Notes: generated from the sequence alone by a model not told the origin. 64,000 bases of DNA from Callorhinchus milii (GCF_018977255.1 NW_024704742.1:87484001-87548000), one strand, 5' to 3'. Shown: positions 26,479 to 40,340, counted from the first letter of the stretch. Translations and numbers: made by a program.

Positions 26479-26747
26479 GATAATAATAATCCTTGCATTT
26501 GATATAATGCCTTATCACATCTTTGAGACGTCTCAAAGCGCTTCACAGAATATACTGTAAAGTGAATTAACTGTATACTTTGTGGGCGAAACACAGCAGC
26601 CAATTGCATACAGCAGTGTCCACAAACAGTTGTGGATGGAAGTGACCAATTTATTAATTTTTTTTAAAAGGAATTATTACCCACAGAAAAAAACAACTGG
26701 GTTCCTACTTACTGCTAGGTAAACAGAGGCATGTGGAGTAAGGAAGT
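26479..26747 (-). mobile_element. tRNA-Ala SINE (long subfamily), 5'-truncated
   Basis: Tail, body and ttactgctaggtaaacagaggc segment. Confidence 0.88.
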
Positions 26748-26959
26748 CCCCTGGGGGGTGATAAACTGAAGTGAATGATTTGGAAATGTGATTTGCCTTA
26801 TTCATGCCCTTCAGTCTGCGCACACTTGCGTGTATGTGTGTATGTATGGGTGCTAGGCACACACTAGAAATTAGACTTATTTGCTTATTTCAGACCTTGT
26901 TAGTTTTGTGCTAAGATTTTTTCTCTCTTAACTCTTGTCTGGTGCGAAAAGAATGCATA

Positions 26960-27420
26960 GGGCGGCAACGAACCAACCCCATACCAATTTTGCAATTTAC
27001 TAATGTATGTAATTAACACTTTGCCTCAGTTTTCTGCCTGAAATCTTCCAGCTCTTCCTTGGTTGTCCTTCTTACTGTGATCTCATCTGTTTCGTAGTTT
27101 ATTTCCCAACCTACAAAGGTGTCTTAACCAGGCCAAATATTTTTGCGCTGTTAGATTGCTCTTCTATTCTCTGGATCTACAGTATGGTATCCACTCCCTG
27201 CCATTTTATGGTTCTGATATCAATATTGATTGTATTCACTGTCCAAGTTTAGCTCTCTATGCTAGTACAGAGTTTACATATGAGTGTTGCACAGTCTTCT
27301 TCATTTATAGCTCCATTCTCTCATTCCTCCATATAATCTATTATGGGACTGCTTTCTGTGGGATTTCCATCTCTTCTGCTTAACTTCCAAAGAACAGTAC
27401 TCAAGAACAGACTGTGTTGA
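26960..27420 (-). mobile_element. Highly decayed RTE-like LINE 3' region
   Basis: Stop-interrupted minus-strand frame resembling an RTE C-terminus (..EGQPRKSWK). Confidence 0.35.
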
Positions 27421-27524
27421 TAAGACAAAAATATACATACTGTAGTACTTTGGAGTGTGCTGACAGAACGAAGAATGCTTTGCCACAATTGACTATTAAG
27501 GCTAAGATCATAATTTTTAAAAAA

Positions 27525-27690
27525 AAGTAAATTGGACAAATGTTTGAAGAGGAGGGATATAAAAGGGTGTGTGTGTGTGGGAAGAGTTTGGAATTGGGAT
27601 TTGAGTGGTTAGCTCCAGTGAAATAGCTATCACATCTATCGCTAGGTTAGTCTCGATGGGCTGAATGGCCTCCTATGTTGTAATTTCCAT
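27525..27690 (+). mobile_element. CR1 3' tail
   Basis: gatgggctgaatggcctcct tail. Confidence 0.7.
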
Positions 27691-27802
27691 TAGAGCACTT
27701 AGTAGAGCTGTTACGGAGCAGGGAAGGACATAAAGCTGAGGCCTTAACTGTCATGCTCTACCCCTAATTGTGCTACCCCTAAAATCTCGGAGTAATCTCT
27801 CT

Positions 27803-28015
27803 CTTTTTACCTAGCAGTAAAGAGGAACCCGGTTGTTAGTCGATTGGTGGATCACTTTGGGGATAATAATCCCTCAAAAAATAATAATAATATGGTCACT
27901 CAATTTGGTCATGACTGTTTGTGGGACACTGCTGTGTGCAATTGGCTATCTCAATTCACCCACAAATAGAAGACGTGAAAAGCGCTATATCAAATGCAAG
28001 GATTATTATTATTAT
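27803..28015 (+). mobile_element. tRNA-Ala SINE (long subfamily) fragment
   Basis: cctagcagtaaagaggaacccggttgttagtcgatt segment plus tail. Confidence 0.82.
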
Positions 28016-28574
28016 AGTCTGATACTGTTAGTGTTTGGGACCAAACAAATGTACGTCACAGTAGGAGACCATTCAACCCATTTTTTAGTGTCTGCAATTG
28101 CTCCTTCAAGAAGAAATTGATCCTAAGGAGGATGGGAAAGACTGTGAATGAATATTCCAATATGATGCAAAATATGTGTGCACTTTCCTTGATTCTGTAC
28201 TTGGCAGATTTTATGCGGAAACCATAGGAGGAATGACCCCCTCTGAGACTATCCTTCATGTGGTGTTCTGAAATTAGGAAATGCGTACAGATAAGTTTTA
28301 TGGATCTGCTTTTTTTTATGTCAAATGCAAATGGGACTTAAAGGTTTTAAGATTGGTCCACATACAGGGAAGCAAACCGTAAAGGTTAAAAGCTGACAAA
28401 TGAAGTCTGACACTTTAAGAGATAATTTAGTTTGACTGGGTACCAGTATTTGAATAAAACCAGATTCTATCGTCTACATTTCCGTGTGGGTGGAAAATTT
28501 CTATTATTGAAAGCTGTTTAACTGATTTTGTGTGTGGGCGGGGTGGGCGGCAGAGAGTTTTTTGTCAAATAATT

Positions 28575-28775
28575 CTTAAATTTGCTACAGCACGTTTTAC
28601 AATGGGAGAATGTCTCAAAGCACTTCACAGGATACATCGTAAAGTGTAGTGACTCTATTTTAGGCAAATGTGACAGCCAATTTCCACAGAGCAACGTTCC
28701 ACAAACAGCCATGAAGTGAATCACCAACTTTATTTGGGGGATTGTTGGCCAGCACACTGGAAAAAACTCCCTACC
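28575..28775 (-). mobile_element. Deu-SINE 3' half
   Basis: Matches 19400-19580. Confidence 0.75.
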
Positions 28776-29152
28776 CTGTGAATATTCACTGATTCTCACC
28801 ACCCTCCCAGATCCTTCTGCATCCTGCACTTCCTCAAAAGACCAGAACTCATTTCATGCTGTACTCAATTTGATTAAAATAATTAATTCCAGCATTTTAT
28901 TACAGTTTAAATGTAAATTAAAGGGGCAGTGAATTGAAAAGGTTTTTTTGAAAAAAGAAATTTCCTTTTAATGAACTTAATTCCTTTTACTTTGCATTCC
29001 TTTACACGTCTACACATAGGAAGCCTTTGTTTGTGCTTTAGTTTGTTAAGCACACAGTGATTGTAAGACTTTGAATCAGTGGAGGTGTGTCTTCATCTAG
29101 GAAACTGGGAGATAGATACCTTTTGGTGCAGATTGTCTATTAAGTCAGTGCA

Positions 29153-29336
29153 GTTAATATTTAACCTGAGGCATGTGAAGTACTGCAGCGTGGTCGAGCT
29201 CATGTAAAGTTGCTGGTGCCTGCAGCTCCCAGTCTTAGTATTTTGTTTTAAAGTTCACTAGCTATAAAGGGCTGAGCAGTATTTTACATCTGGCGACCAG
29301 GAATGTTTGTTCCTCCCTGTGTTGTTCTTGGTGAGT
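29153..29336 (+). promoter_or_regulatory. Candidate alternative KANK1 promoter and short non-coding first exon
   Basis: HNF1-like GTTAATATTTAAC (29153-29165), TATAAAG (29263-29269), donor TTG|GTGAGT at 29331. Confidence 0.35.
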
Positions 29337-31046
29337 AACAGCTACTTGTTTTCTTCTGATCCTGACATTTTGAAGACCTTTGGTTTCCATTGGTTCTTTT
29401 TAAGTGGTTATGCACCCACCAGATTGCGATTGAGGTGTCGCCTTACACTCCTATGATTAAAGTAGCTAATTCGGGTAGGAGGTGATACCCAGATCTCAGT
29501 TTTCACTGACTTTTATTCTGACCAGTAACACTGTCCCCTTCTGCTGTGCCTGCTGAATGTTCTACACTAGTCAGTCAGGAGCTTTAATATGTCACCAAAA
29601 GGTAAGAAACATTGCTTTACAAAAATTCAGATAATTGGGTGCTTTCAAAAGAATATCACAATCTTTCTTTGTCGTATCCTGCTTATTGATCTGTGATTGC
29701 AGGAAAATCTTACAATCCCCTTTTTTAAACGTATTGAAAACTACTTGCACTTTTGAATTGTGACTTTATATCGGTGAAAGTCTCAAAGTGCTTCTCAAGA
29801 ATGGTGGGGGATATCTCCAAGTTGGGAAGAAAGGAGGAGGAACTTGAAGTTTTTGGTCAGAGAGAGACATTTTTTTAAAAAAAGGCATGGAGGGAAGACG
29901 CAAGCCAGAAAGATTTGGAAAAAGTTGTTGAGAACTTGGGCATAGGTGGCTAAAGGCTATTTTGAGATGTGTGCAATATTGCCTGCAACAAGCTTTCATT
30001 TTGCTGATGTTGTGTTGGAAGTCTGCTGCATCAAACTGGATTGCTTGCCTGCACTTTGTTTACTGCGTGAAAACTTCAGTAAAACTCAGCTACTGTTCTT
30101 ACCGTATTTGCATTTCGTGGACCAAAAGACCTCACTTGTGCAGTAACCATGTAGTGGAAAATTCTGGTCTGTAACCTTTAATAGACAAAGTTTCAATACT
30201 CATTGTGTCTGTGTAATATGGCAAAGGTTGTCCAGTATAGAAATGTTCACCGAGTTGTGTGAGCCTCCAAATCAACTTTGATTGGCGAATAATCAAGATG
30301 GGGGAAGAGGTGTTTAGTTAAGATAAACTTATGGCATTTTACTTAATTTTATCTGGATATTATCTTATTTAGCCAGTGTTTAAGTTCCATAAATTCCAAG
30401 ATTGCGAGCTCGCGTGCATTGCAAGATATGGCATTTCAGCTATTTCCTCAATTTGTCAGTCTGCCCAGTGTACCTGCCATTCCCTGGCAGAGTTGGCCGA
30501 CAATCCTCTCTCTATGATGTTTCCAGATGGCCATTTGGTAGTTTGCAAGAGCAGTCCACATTCTTGAGTTCGTTTTTCCTTCCTCCTCCTCCTCACCAGC
30601 CTTATCTGACTGCTGGTTCCTCTTTTAGTGACTCGGCATTTAATAAGGACTAACACTGACCATGAACCTGTCTTGTCAACCATGTTTTGCCTTGCTGAGC
30701 CTGTGAAATGCTGCGTTAATGGAGAGTTCCAATACACAAAAGTCTCTCTTGTGAGCAAATGTTTGCACAATTTCCTTTTATTTCCAAGATTCCTTTTTCT
30801 GGGGGGTGGGAGGGAAATGCCCTTATTTTCTTATTTTTGGGGGAAAGGCTGTGAATGTGTAGCCAAAGCCAGGACCGAGATAGATAAGGTGTTTAAAGGA
30901 AAAAATGGCAAGTCAAGAAAACTTGTTTACAAATGTGGTTAATAAATAATAGAATATAATTTGGCAGGAAAAAACAGGAAGTTCTCTACGGCAACCTCCT
31001 GTCAAGCCTCCTATATTTGTGTAACCTGCTGCTAGGTGTGTACAAT

Positions 31047-31322
31047 GCGAGAGACCTGGGTTCAATTCCAGGCAGGGTGAAACCTTGGGCAAGTTTCCTT
31101 ACTCCACACGCCTAATAATAATCCCTCCAAAACCAAAAACAATAATAAATTGGTCACTTTCAATCTACGACTGTTTGTGGGACATCGCTGTGCGCAATTG
31201 GCTGCCGCGTTCGCCCACCAATATACAGTCAATTCACTTTACAGTGTGTTCTATGAAGCGCTTTGAGACGTCCTCCCGATGTGAAAAGCGCTATATAAAA
31301 TGCAAGGATTATTATTATTATT
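31047..31322 (+). mobile_element. tRNA-Ala SINE, 5'-truncated
   Basis: B box, body and tail. Confidence 0.93.
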
Positions 31323-31339
31323 ACAATGAATAATAACAA

Positions 31340-31572
31340 CAACATTTGATATATTTGATATTATGTTGAGATGCCTCAAAGCCCTTCACAGAATATGCTG
31401 TAAAATGAATTGACTGTATATTTTGTGAGCAAAACAACTCCATTATTGACCTTGAAGGTATAATAATAATCCTTGCATTTGATATAGCGCCTTATCACAT
31501 CGTTGAGATGTCTCAAAGCATTTCACAGAATATATTGTAAAGTGAATTGACAGTATATTTTGTGGGCAAAAT
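31340..31572 (-). mobile_element. Two tandem SINE tail fragments separated by a 28-bp spacer
   Basis: Tails at ~31340-31432 and 31461-31572. Confidence 0.85.
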
Positions 31573-33724
31573 GCGTATTTAACACACTTAAAAGTTCAAA
31601 ATTGGAAATCTAGGTTGTCGGGATCTTTTGACTTTTAAAGTAAGGAAAAATTTCACTGACAGGTTGTTTAAGATACTGTGCTGATTTTTTTTCCCCAGAG
31701 AGCGTAGACTGTATTTCTAGCTCTGATTCATTGCTACCAAGAACACCGAGCAGTTGAAAAGATTACATTTTATGATTATTTTCTTGCTGCTGAGCGACAT
31801 TGCTGCTGTTCTCAACTTCACGTTCCTCTTCAAAGAACACTCGATGCAGAATTTTAAGAGTGAGGCTATTCTAGTTGACAGATTGCAGCATTAAAGTGGT
31901 TGTTTAACGATCTGTTTTTAATGATTGACGCTCCTGAAGAGAGTGGTGAAGTTTTGATATGGGTGGGGGGAGGGTGTAGGGTGGAAGCTTGATGCTAAAA
32001 ATACTTTGGAGCCCCCTAATTTGCATCTCAATCTGAACAGTGCTACCGTGGTGAGTTCAGGGGGCAGCAGCCCTGGGCCATTTCAACTTGAGATTGTTTT
32101 CTGCTGAGGGAATATCGAAACAGATAAAAGGGAGAGAGCAAGAACACAGTCTAATAAAATGTGTTGGAATGCACGTATTTCTGGCTCCTAACCCTTTGAA
32201 GCAAATGTCTAGGTATGGAGGCCAAATATCCCTGACGAGAGATGAAATACTCTTGCATTAAAACGCTTATGCAGCAAAGCACTATTTTGTGTGTGTAAAC
32301 ATGCCTATCTTTGAAAATAGAATTTAACAGTAAAGCTTCAAGTGTCCTTTGACCTTGATACTAATATGCCTAATATTACCAATATATTTTTAAACAAAGG
32401 CTGAATGTTGGCTGCTCAAAGCAACATGTTGGAGAATTGTGCAACAAGTCAGTTTTAGGTTTTGCTTGTATCTAAAGTTAAATATCTGTCACCCCTTTTC
32501 CCCTTGCCTTTCAAAATGTTTTGTTAGAGTCTAATTGAAGCTTGTGTATTTTTGATAGCTGTCTGGCCAATGGATAGATTTCAGCCTTTCAGATGAGATT
32601 CCAGCCCATGTGACCTTTAACTTGACGGAGATTTTTAATATTAGATGTCTTAAGATGGAACAGTACAGAAAAAGCATTGCGAAACAGTTGACTGCGCACA
32701 GTGTTTGGTTGCAAATGTTTGAAGGTTCAAATTAATTAGTTTCAACTGGTGTTCTTGTGGTTGCTTTACGTTTAACTCTGATAGGAAGTCAAAAGAAAAT
32801 CTTATTAGTAAATTATGAAGGGAGGCAAAAGCAAATCTTATTTGTAAATTATATAGTGATCGGGGAAGCTTCAAGTCTCTGTTTGGATTCTACCATTGTT
32901 AAAGGTTTTGCCTTTAAAGTGCACAATTTTTGCTCACGGGTTTAAAATGCCTGCATTTGTTTACAACTCAAAGTGATGCAATATGATTGGATTGTGTTGG
33001 CACCAAGTCTTTTGGAACATTTCTCAGATTTACTGCTGGGCTTTTCAGATTTATATTGTTATGGCATAGATTATGTAAATTTGCAAATACATTCAAATAA
33101 TGCTCAACCCTTTTGCTGATTGTGGGGTGGGAGAGAGATGAGATACACTATTGTAATCTTTTTACGAGTGGAGTTAACCTTTTCACCAATGAAACTTATT
33201 TTCATCTGCACAATACATATATGCAGGAATTGGGAAAACAATGGAACTTCTGTACAGTTTGAGGCATCCAAATTAATCTTTGTCCTGCCGGTTGAATTGC
33301 CGTTGGCTATTTGTGGCCCTTCAGTGTAACTGGTTACAAAACTGTGCCAACAGGAATATCTAGGGCTGAACCCTCTATTGTGACGTGTCGTTGAGAGATT
33401 CACACCTACAGCATAAGCATTCCTGCTTTCTTGGCTCAGATAATTAAACTGCTAATCTTTGCTTATATATTTCCTTCCTCCCTCTTCCCCAGTCTCTCTC
33501 CACCCCCCTCAATAAAGGATTGATCTGTAATCTGTGCTTTGGGAGTTTAATTCAGATGCATTTGAGTATAATCAGCTTGTCAGGAATTTTAATCTCAAAA
33601 TGTTTCATCCAAATGAATACCACACTGTCTCAGCCTAAACCTATCATGGTGCAGCAGTTTACAGAGGCTGACCTATACCAAGAGAAAGCGTTGTGGGAAC
33701 CAGACAGTCAGTGAGATGATGATT

Positions 33725-33748
33725 GTGTGTGTGTGTGTGTGTGTGTGT
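33725..33748. repeat. (GT)n microsatellite
   Basis: Direct reading. Confidence 0.95.
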
Positions 33749-34957
33749 ATCCACGTGTACTGAGACAAACCCAGTTATGTCCTCAGGTTGAGACTCGCAC
33801 AGGGGTTGGCTGCATTCCAACTGGATTAAACCTCCTGCTGCACAACAAGCAACACCCGGCTGTGATTCTTTCACGCGATGGAAACTTTTTTAATGTGTTC
33901 TTTGATCTCCATCCTCTCCAATTCAAACCATTTCTCGTCAGAAATGTGCAGTGGTTTTCGTGTTGCATACCCCACCAGCATCTCAACATTGCTTAGTTTT
34001 ATTTGAAGAAGAAACTGACATTTTTTAATTATATTCTCCTTGCACACAACAATTTGGAGATTTGGCTCCCAACTCTTTAAATTTGCCCCTGTTCTCCCAG
34101 CGACTGCTCCAATTGTTCTTCCGAAGCTGAATGTATATACTGAAAGTCAAGTGCTGAGTCACTGCTTATATACCTATAATACATATATATATTATATATG
34201 CGCATACACACATATCACACCTTTTCTGCTGGGGTGTTCTGCCCTAATTGTGATAACTCCTACAGTTTAACTGGTTTCATATAACTCAAGATCAAATGTA
34301 CTCTCTGCACTGCGGTGGTAAGTTTCCTTTATGCATTGTAGCTGGAGGTGTTCCAGTAAAACTGATGCCAGGTGGAACTGCCAAACCAGGGGGAAAACAT
34401 TTATGAGTGAGATTTATGATTGGCGAGAAAGACCCAAATTGCAAACTTGTGTAAAATGGTTTTTATACTTCCGCCAAAACCCATTGTACATTTTATACCA
34501 AAGTGGTTACTCCCAGGGTGATGTTTGTTGGGCGTGCCTAGATTGCAAGCTGGTTAGATTTCATTTATTTTTTCTGTATTGTAATTTTTGTATTGCATTG
34601 CACAGCAGGTCGACTGATTTGCAACAAAACTGGGCCAGACAAGCAGCATTCATGTGGAGCAGGTCACAGTATTTGTGTTGTGCATTTGTGTGATTGCTGG
34701 AACGAAATTTCATTGCACAGTGGAAAATTATATTGGCACAAGACTCGATGAATTTACACTACTGCAGTCTAGACTCCCAGATTAGTTTTTTCTTGATAAA
34801 ATGAACTGAAACACTTTACATTATTTTGCAGCCATGGTTTGTCCAGTGTGCAGCGGAAACCTGACACTACTGCTACTATTAAGGGTAGTTTATAAGACTT
34901 GTATTTTGAGTTTTGGTCACTATCAATTCCAAATGAAAACTGAGGATAATAATGTCC

Positions 34958-36905
34958 TCCTGAACAAGCAAACGGAACCTTGGGTTAATGTTTCATCTGA
35001 AAAATAGCACGTCCAATAACGCAGCAGTACCCCTTCACCCCTCCCAGCACTGCGTTGGAGTGACATCTTATATTTAATTCTAAGCCCCAATGTTGGGCTT
35101 CAACCCACAACCTTGTGACTCAGAGGTGTGAGCGCTACCAACTAAACCAGATTGACACAAAGTCAGATTGACACACTATTAGTTGGAGCTAATGTCTAAT
35201 GTTCAGATCGGTATTGTTCTTATATCATTGCGCTAAATATGCCAGCCTGGCTCATTGGTTACTCTTTCACCTCTGAGTCAGAAGGTTTTGGGTTCAAACT
35301 TCCTGTTGGGACTTTGAACTCACATAATCTAGGCTGACACTCCTGAGCTGTCCTGTTCAGGCAGATGATAAGCATTGCATGGCTACTATTCAGAACTCTC
35401 TGCTTGCCGGTCTTCCCAACTCTTCCCTCCACAAGCTGCAGATTACTCTGATCTCTGCAGCTCGTGTCCTCTCCTGCACCAAGCTCTGTGAGCCGATTCG
35501 CCTCGTCCCTCCTTTGCCTCCTTCAATGCCCGTCTTAAGACCTTCCTCCTTAACTCTGCCTTCGGTCATTGTTTGTCAGCCTGGCACAGTGGTAGCACTC
35601 TTGCCTCTTGGGTCAGAAGGTTGTGGGTTCAAGCCCCGCATTGGGACTTGGAATCACATAGTCTAAGCTGACACTCCAATACAATGCTGGGGTGTGTTGT
35701 CATCCTTCAGGTGAGATGTTAAACCGAGATTTAATCTACCTGTTCAGGAAGACGGCAAAGATCCCTCGTCACTGTTTGAAAAGAGAAAGGAGTTTCTCCC
35801 AACATGGCCAACAATCCCCCAAATAACAATTGGTCACTCATTCCATGGCTGATTGTGAGACATTGCTGTGCGCAATGGTTGCTGCATTTCTCCCACAAAA
35901 TACAGTCTTTACATTAGCTGTAGCTCAGTGGTTAGAGCATTCGTTTCGCAAGCGAGAGCACCTGGATTCGATGCTCGAGCAGGGTGAAACTTTGAGCAAG
36001 TTTCCCTACTCCACACGCCTTTGTTTACCTAGCAGTAAGCAGGAACCTGGTGGTTAGTCGATTTGCGGATCGCTTTTCCGGGGGTAAAAATCCATTGAAA
36101 AAAGATAACAATAATTTGGTACCTAAATCCACTATTATTTGTGGGTTACTGCTGTGCGCAATTGACTCCCACGTTTCGCCCATAAATATACAGTCAATTC
36201 AATTTATAATATATATTCTGCAAAGTGCTTTCTGAGACGTTTTGAAGATGTCATAAGCCACTATATCAAATGCAAAGATTATTATTATCCTCTCATTCCT
36301 TTGCCCTCAACCTCTCTTAACTCCAATCTCCAGCTCTGGCACAAACCCTTCACTGTCCATCGCCTTGGGACGTCCAACTGATGTGAAAGACACTAAATGC
36401 AATATGTTGTTGTGATGTTCAAAGTGGTTGGGGATAGGGTGGAAAGAGAAGAGTTGACTGGAATGTTCAAACAACATTTTGTTTCCATGACAATACTCAG
36501 GGATGTTCAGGGATGGGATCCAACAATGAGTGCTTATTTCAGAAATATGTAAGCATTTATTCGAGCAAATGTTTTCCAGCAACAAAGATAAAGGTTTATG
36601 AATTGTTGGCGCATGGCTACTGTGGAAGAATGATCAATTTTGTAATTATCCTGGCCAACAATTCCCAAATAAAGTTGATCACTTACACCATGGCTGTTTG
36701 TAGGACATTGTGTGAACAAATTTGTTGCTGCACTAACCCATAAAACACGCAGTCGCTGTATTTTGGGCTATCCTCCTGATGTGAAAAGTGCCATGCCAAA
36801 TGTAAGGATTATTATTAATGCCCACAAAATAGTCAATCAATTTTACAGTATATCCTGTGAAGCGCTTTGAGCCGTCTCGAAGAAACACAAGGATTATTAT
36901 TAAAG
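34958..36905. mobile_element. Retroposon cluster: Deu-SINE head (-, 34958-35156), Deu head (+, ~35243-35375), L2 (+, ~35385-35570), Deu-SINE (+, 35575-35915), long Ala-SINE (+, 35917-36288), Deu 3' pieces (~36640-36905)
   Basis: Each piece aligns by eye to intact copies elsewhere in the window. Confidence 0.85.
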
Positions 36906-37964
36906 CAAGAGAGTGAGATTTCAGCAGGCTGCCCAGGGTTTCATGTCTACCCTGCAGCATTTGACAAACTATATATAATTGTCATAACTTTCTAAAGATC
37001 ACAGGGTGAGGGAAGAGGATGATTAATGGATTCTGCACACTTATTATAGCACATAGTCATTTAGTTCAACCAGATCATGAAAATTGGTGGGTCAGGCTTG
37101 ATGGGCTGAATGGTCTTCTCTTGTTTCTATGACCTAAGTCGATAGGGGTGGCAGGCACGTTCTCCCTGCTGGAGGTGACTATTCTTGGAGGGTCCTCAGT
37201 CTGGTGGTTGAAAATCTAATTGCTTTAATTGATTGCTCAGGTTTGCTTATCTAAGTAGAACTCAATGTTTCATATTGCTCAAAGCGAAATACAGATTCTC
37301 TGTCACATTAAAATACACTAAACCCACGGCTAACCAGAAAATAGGGTGGAGATCCGGTATGGCAAGCCAGATTTTCCAGCTAACTACTAATTCTTACATT
37401 TAATGTTTAAAATAAGTAGGTAAAACATATACCACTAAACATTTATATTATTTATTTATTTTTGGACCCGATCCAGCTAATTCCAGATATGAGACATTCG
37501 GATAGCGAGAGGTTTACCAGTACTACATGTACTCAGATGGTAGCACTCTCACCTCTGAGTTGGAAGTTTCTGGGTTCAAGGCCCACATCAGTATTTTATG
37601 CTCAGTTTAGGTTGACACTCCAATGCAGTGATGGGGGGACATGTAATGTCGTCTTTTGGATGGAGTGGTTGCTATTTGGAGCATTGTTGCTCCCACTCTG
37701 GAATATGGGAACAATTTTTTTTAAAAACATAATCAGCTTTTTTAAAACACAATCAGCTTTTAGTTTGTTTAGTTGGAATGTCCTCCCGATGTGAAAGGTG
37801 CTATACAATGTATAATTTTTTAAAAATCCGCAGTGTCATCAAAAGTTTTTCAAAAAAAGACATGTTCAGCTTCTTACGATCTCTGAGTTTGGTGAACTAT
37901 TAGATAGACTCTTTGTACTGACTAGTCGGAATGAGCCTACAGTTGCAATACATTTCACCGGCAT

Positions 37965-38312
37965 AATATACAGTCAATTCGTTTTACAGTATATTCTGTG
38001 AAGTGCTTTGGGACATCTCGAAGACGTGATAAGGCGCTGTATCAAATGCAGGGATTATTATTATCATCTAACAGACTTTTGTGTTTAAAATGGTAGAATT
38101 ATATTTGTGGGCGAAATGCAGCAGCCAATTATGCACAGCAGTGTCCCACAAACAGTCGTGGATTGAAGTGACCAATTTATTATTGTTTTGTTTTGGAGGG
38201 ATTATTATCAGGTCCGTGGAGTAAGGAAACTTGCCCAAGGTTTCGTCCTGCCTGGAATTAAACCCAGGTGTCTCGCTTGCAAGGCAAGTGCTGTAACCAC
38301 AGAGCTACAGGG
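37965..38312. mobile_element. One tRNA-Ala SINE in two oppositely oriented halves
   Basis: Tail half on + (37965-38065) and head half on - (38100-38312) meet at the same consensus position. Confidence 0.8.
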
Positions 38313-38421
38313 CTTTTCACATTATGACTGAAGAATGAGATGGGAGGTTCAGTCGCTCAGACCTTCCTTGCGTGCAAACTGTAAAGCAGCCTTGGAGAAA
38401 GCCTTGGAGCAAATCTTAAAT

Positions 38422-38745
38422 TATAATAATAATAATAATAATCCTTGCATTTGATATAGCACTTTATCACATCTTCGAGACGTCTCAAAGCGCTTCACAG
38501 AATATATTGTAAAGTGAATTGACTGTATATTTTGTGTGTGAAACGCAGCAGCCAATTGCATACAGCAGTGTCCCACAAACAGTTGTGGATTGAAGTGACT
38601 CATTTATTATTGGGTTTTTTTCTTGAGGGATTATTATCAGGCGTGTGGAGTAAGGAAACTTGCCCAAGGTATTGCCCTGCCGGGAATCAAACCCAGGTCT
38701 CTTGCTTGCAAGGTGAGTGCTCTAACCACTGAGCTGCAGGACTCC
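38422..38745 (-). mobile_element. Full-length tRNA-Ala SINE
   Basis: Head through (tta)n tail. Confidence 0.94.
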
Positions 38746-39171
38746 ATTCTAAATTGAGGGTGAAACAGAAAAAATACAATGTTTTGCAGCGAAAGAATGG
38801 GACTGACTTGTTCAGGTGATGCATGTAACTAGAAGAGTGGTTGCTTTGTGGAGCCTTATGGCTCCCAAAAGCCCACTCTGGAAGATTGTAACAGTTTTTT
38901 TTTAAAAACACGATCAGAGTTTCGTCAGGATGTCCTCCAGGCGTGAAAGGCTCTATACAAATTTTTTTTGGTTATTGTTTACAAAAGGCTGATGTTTGAA
39001 CTAATTGAAAGCTAAAAGCTTGATGATTGACATTGTCATATCAAAACCATTCTATTTGTCTCCAACATAGAAAAAGTTTTGAGATCAGGGGTCAACCCGA
39101 GTCTGAGTATTAATACATGTTAGCGGCCTCCTGGAGGAAGGCAATGTACCAAGAGACGATGTACATCCATG

Positions 39172-39358
39172 ACACAGGAACAGGAGTAGGCCATTCAGCC
39201 CCTCAAGCCTGTGGCATTCTATTAGATCATGGCTGATCTGTACCTCATCTCCAATTACCTGCCTTTGCCCCATAACCCTTGATACTCTTACCTAACAGAA
39301 ATCTATCCAGCTCAGTCTTGACAATTTGAATGGATCCAGCATCCACGGCCTTTTGTGG
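39172..39358 (-). mobile_element. CR1 3' tail
   Basis: ggagtaggccattcagcccctcaagcc..atcatggctgatctg. Confidence 0.85.
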
Positions 39359-39558
39359 CACTCTGAGGATTAATATAAATGTCCAGTCCAATCTGTGACT
39401 GACTGTTTTACATATGACTGAACTATATTGCCTGATCTGTGCTCTGCTACTTCAGGCTTTTCTTTAACCATTACGTTAAAACTGAGTAACATCTGCACAA
39501 TTATTTTGGGGGGTGGGAGAGGCAAGAACGATATCATGGCTTTACTAACTGTGTACAA

Positions 39559-39741
39559 CAGTAAACCTCGCATAAATCATATCAGAGTATCAGATATATC
39601 AGACCATACATTTAATATGACTTATGCAAAGTTTGAGTTATGTGCAACATATAAATACCAGGAAATTCAACGGGACTTAGGCAGATGTACAATTCAGGTG
39701 ATGATACGATTTATACAGATCAACTTGTACGAGTTTTACTG
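39559..39741. mobile_element. Tigger/pogo-like MITE
   Basis: TIRs cagtaaacctcgcataa / ttgtacgagttttactg, with TA on the right flank. Confidence 0.7.
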
Positions 39742-40220
39742 TACTGCAAAAATATTCTAATCTTGCGTGAAGTTTGCAAACTCCTGTTGTAGTGCTGCAC
39801 ATTAATCACCTATGTAGTCATCTCTTCATTATACTTTTGCGTATTTATGCAGCTTCTCGTGTTTGGTTGCCAGTGTCGCCCAGTATTATGAATCAATTTT
39901 AAAATCAATCCTCGCAAGAATGCGGTTCTCGGGTTCAAACACATCCTGGAATGTGTTGTGCACTGCTGGTGTTCACTTTATCCCTCATCGCAGTCAGCTA
40001 TTGCTTTTACATTTTGCTATGAGCAGCAGTTTACTTTTTAATGTTATGTTAGCGAGTAAAACAGTAATGCTTCATTAAAACATAATGCATAAACTGTACG
40101 TCGACATTCAGCTGGGACTTGTATTTTGTTGAACCCGAGTTAGCTTGGCTAAAAGTAGAACTTGCCTGAGTTTTCTGTGTGGATGAGATGAAAGGATTCT
40201 AGCGTAATTGATCGTGAATG

Positions 40221-40340
40221 TAATAATAATATTCCTTGCATTTGATATAGCGCCTTATCACCTCTTCGAGACGTCTTAAAACGCTTCACAGGATATACTG
40301 TAAAGTGAATGGACTGTATATTTTGTGGGTGAAACATACA
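40221..40340 (-). mobile_element. SINE 3' fragment
   Basis: Shared tail. Confidence 0.85.
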
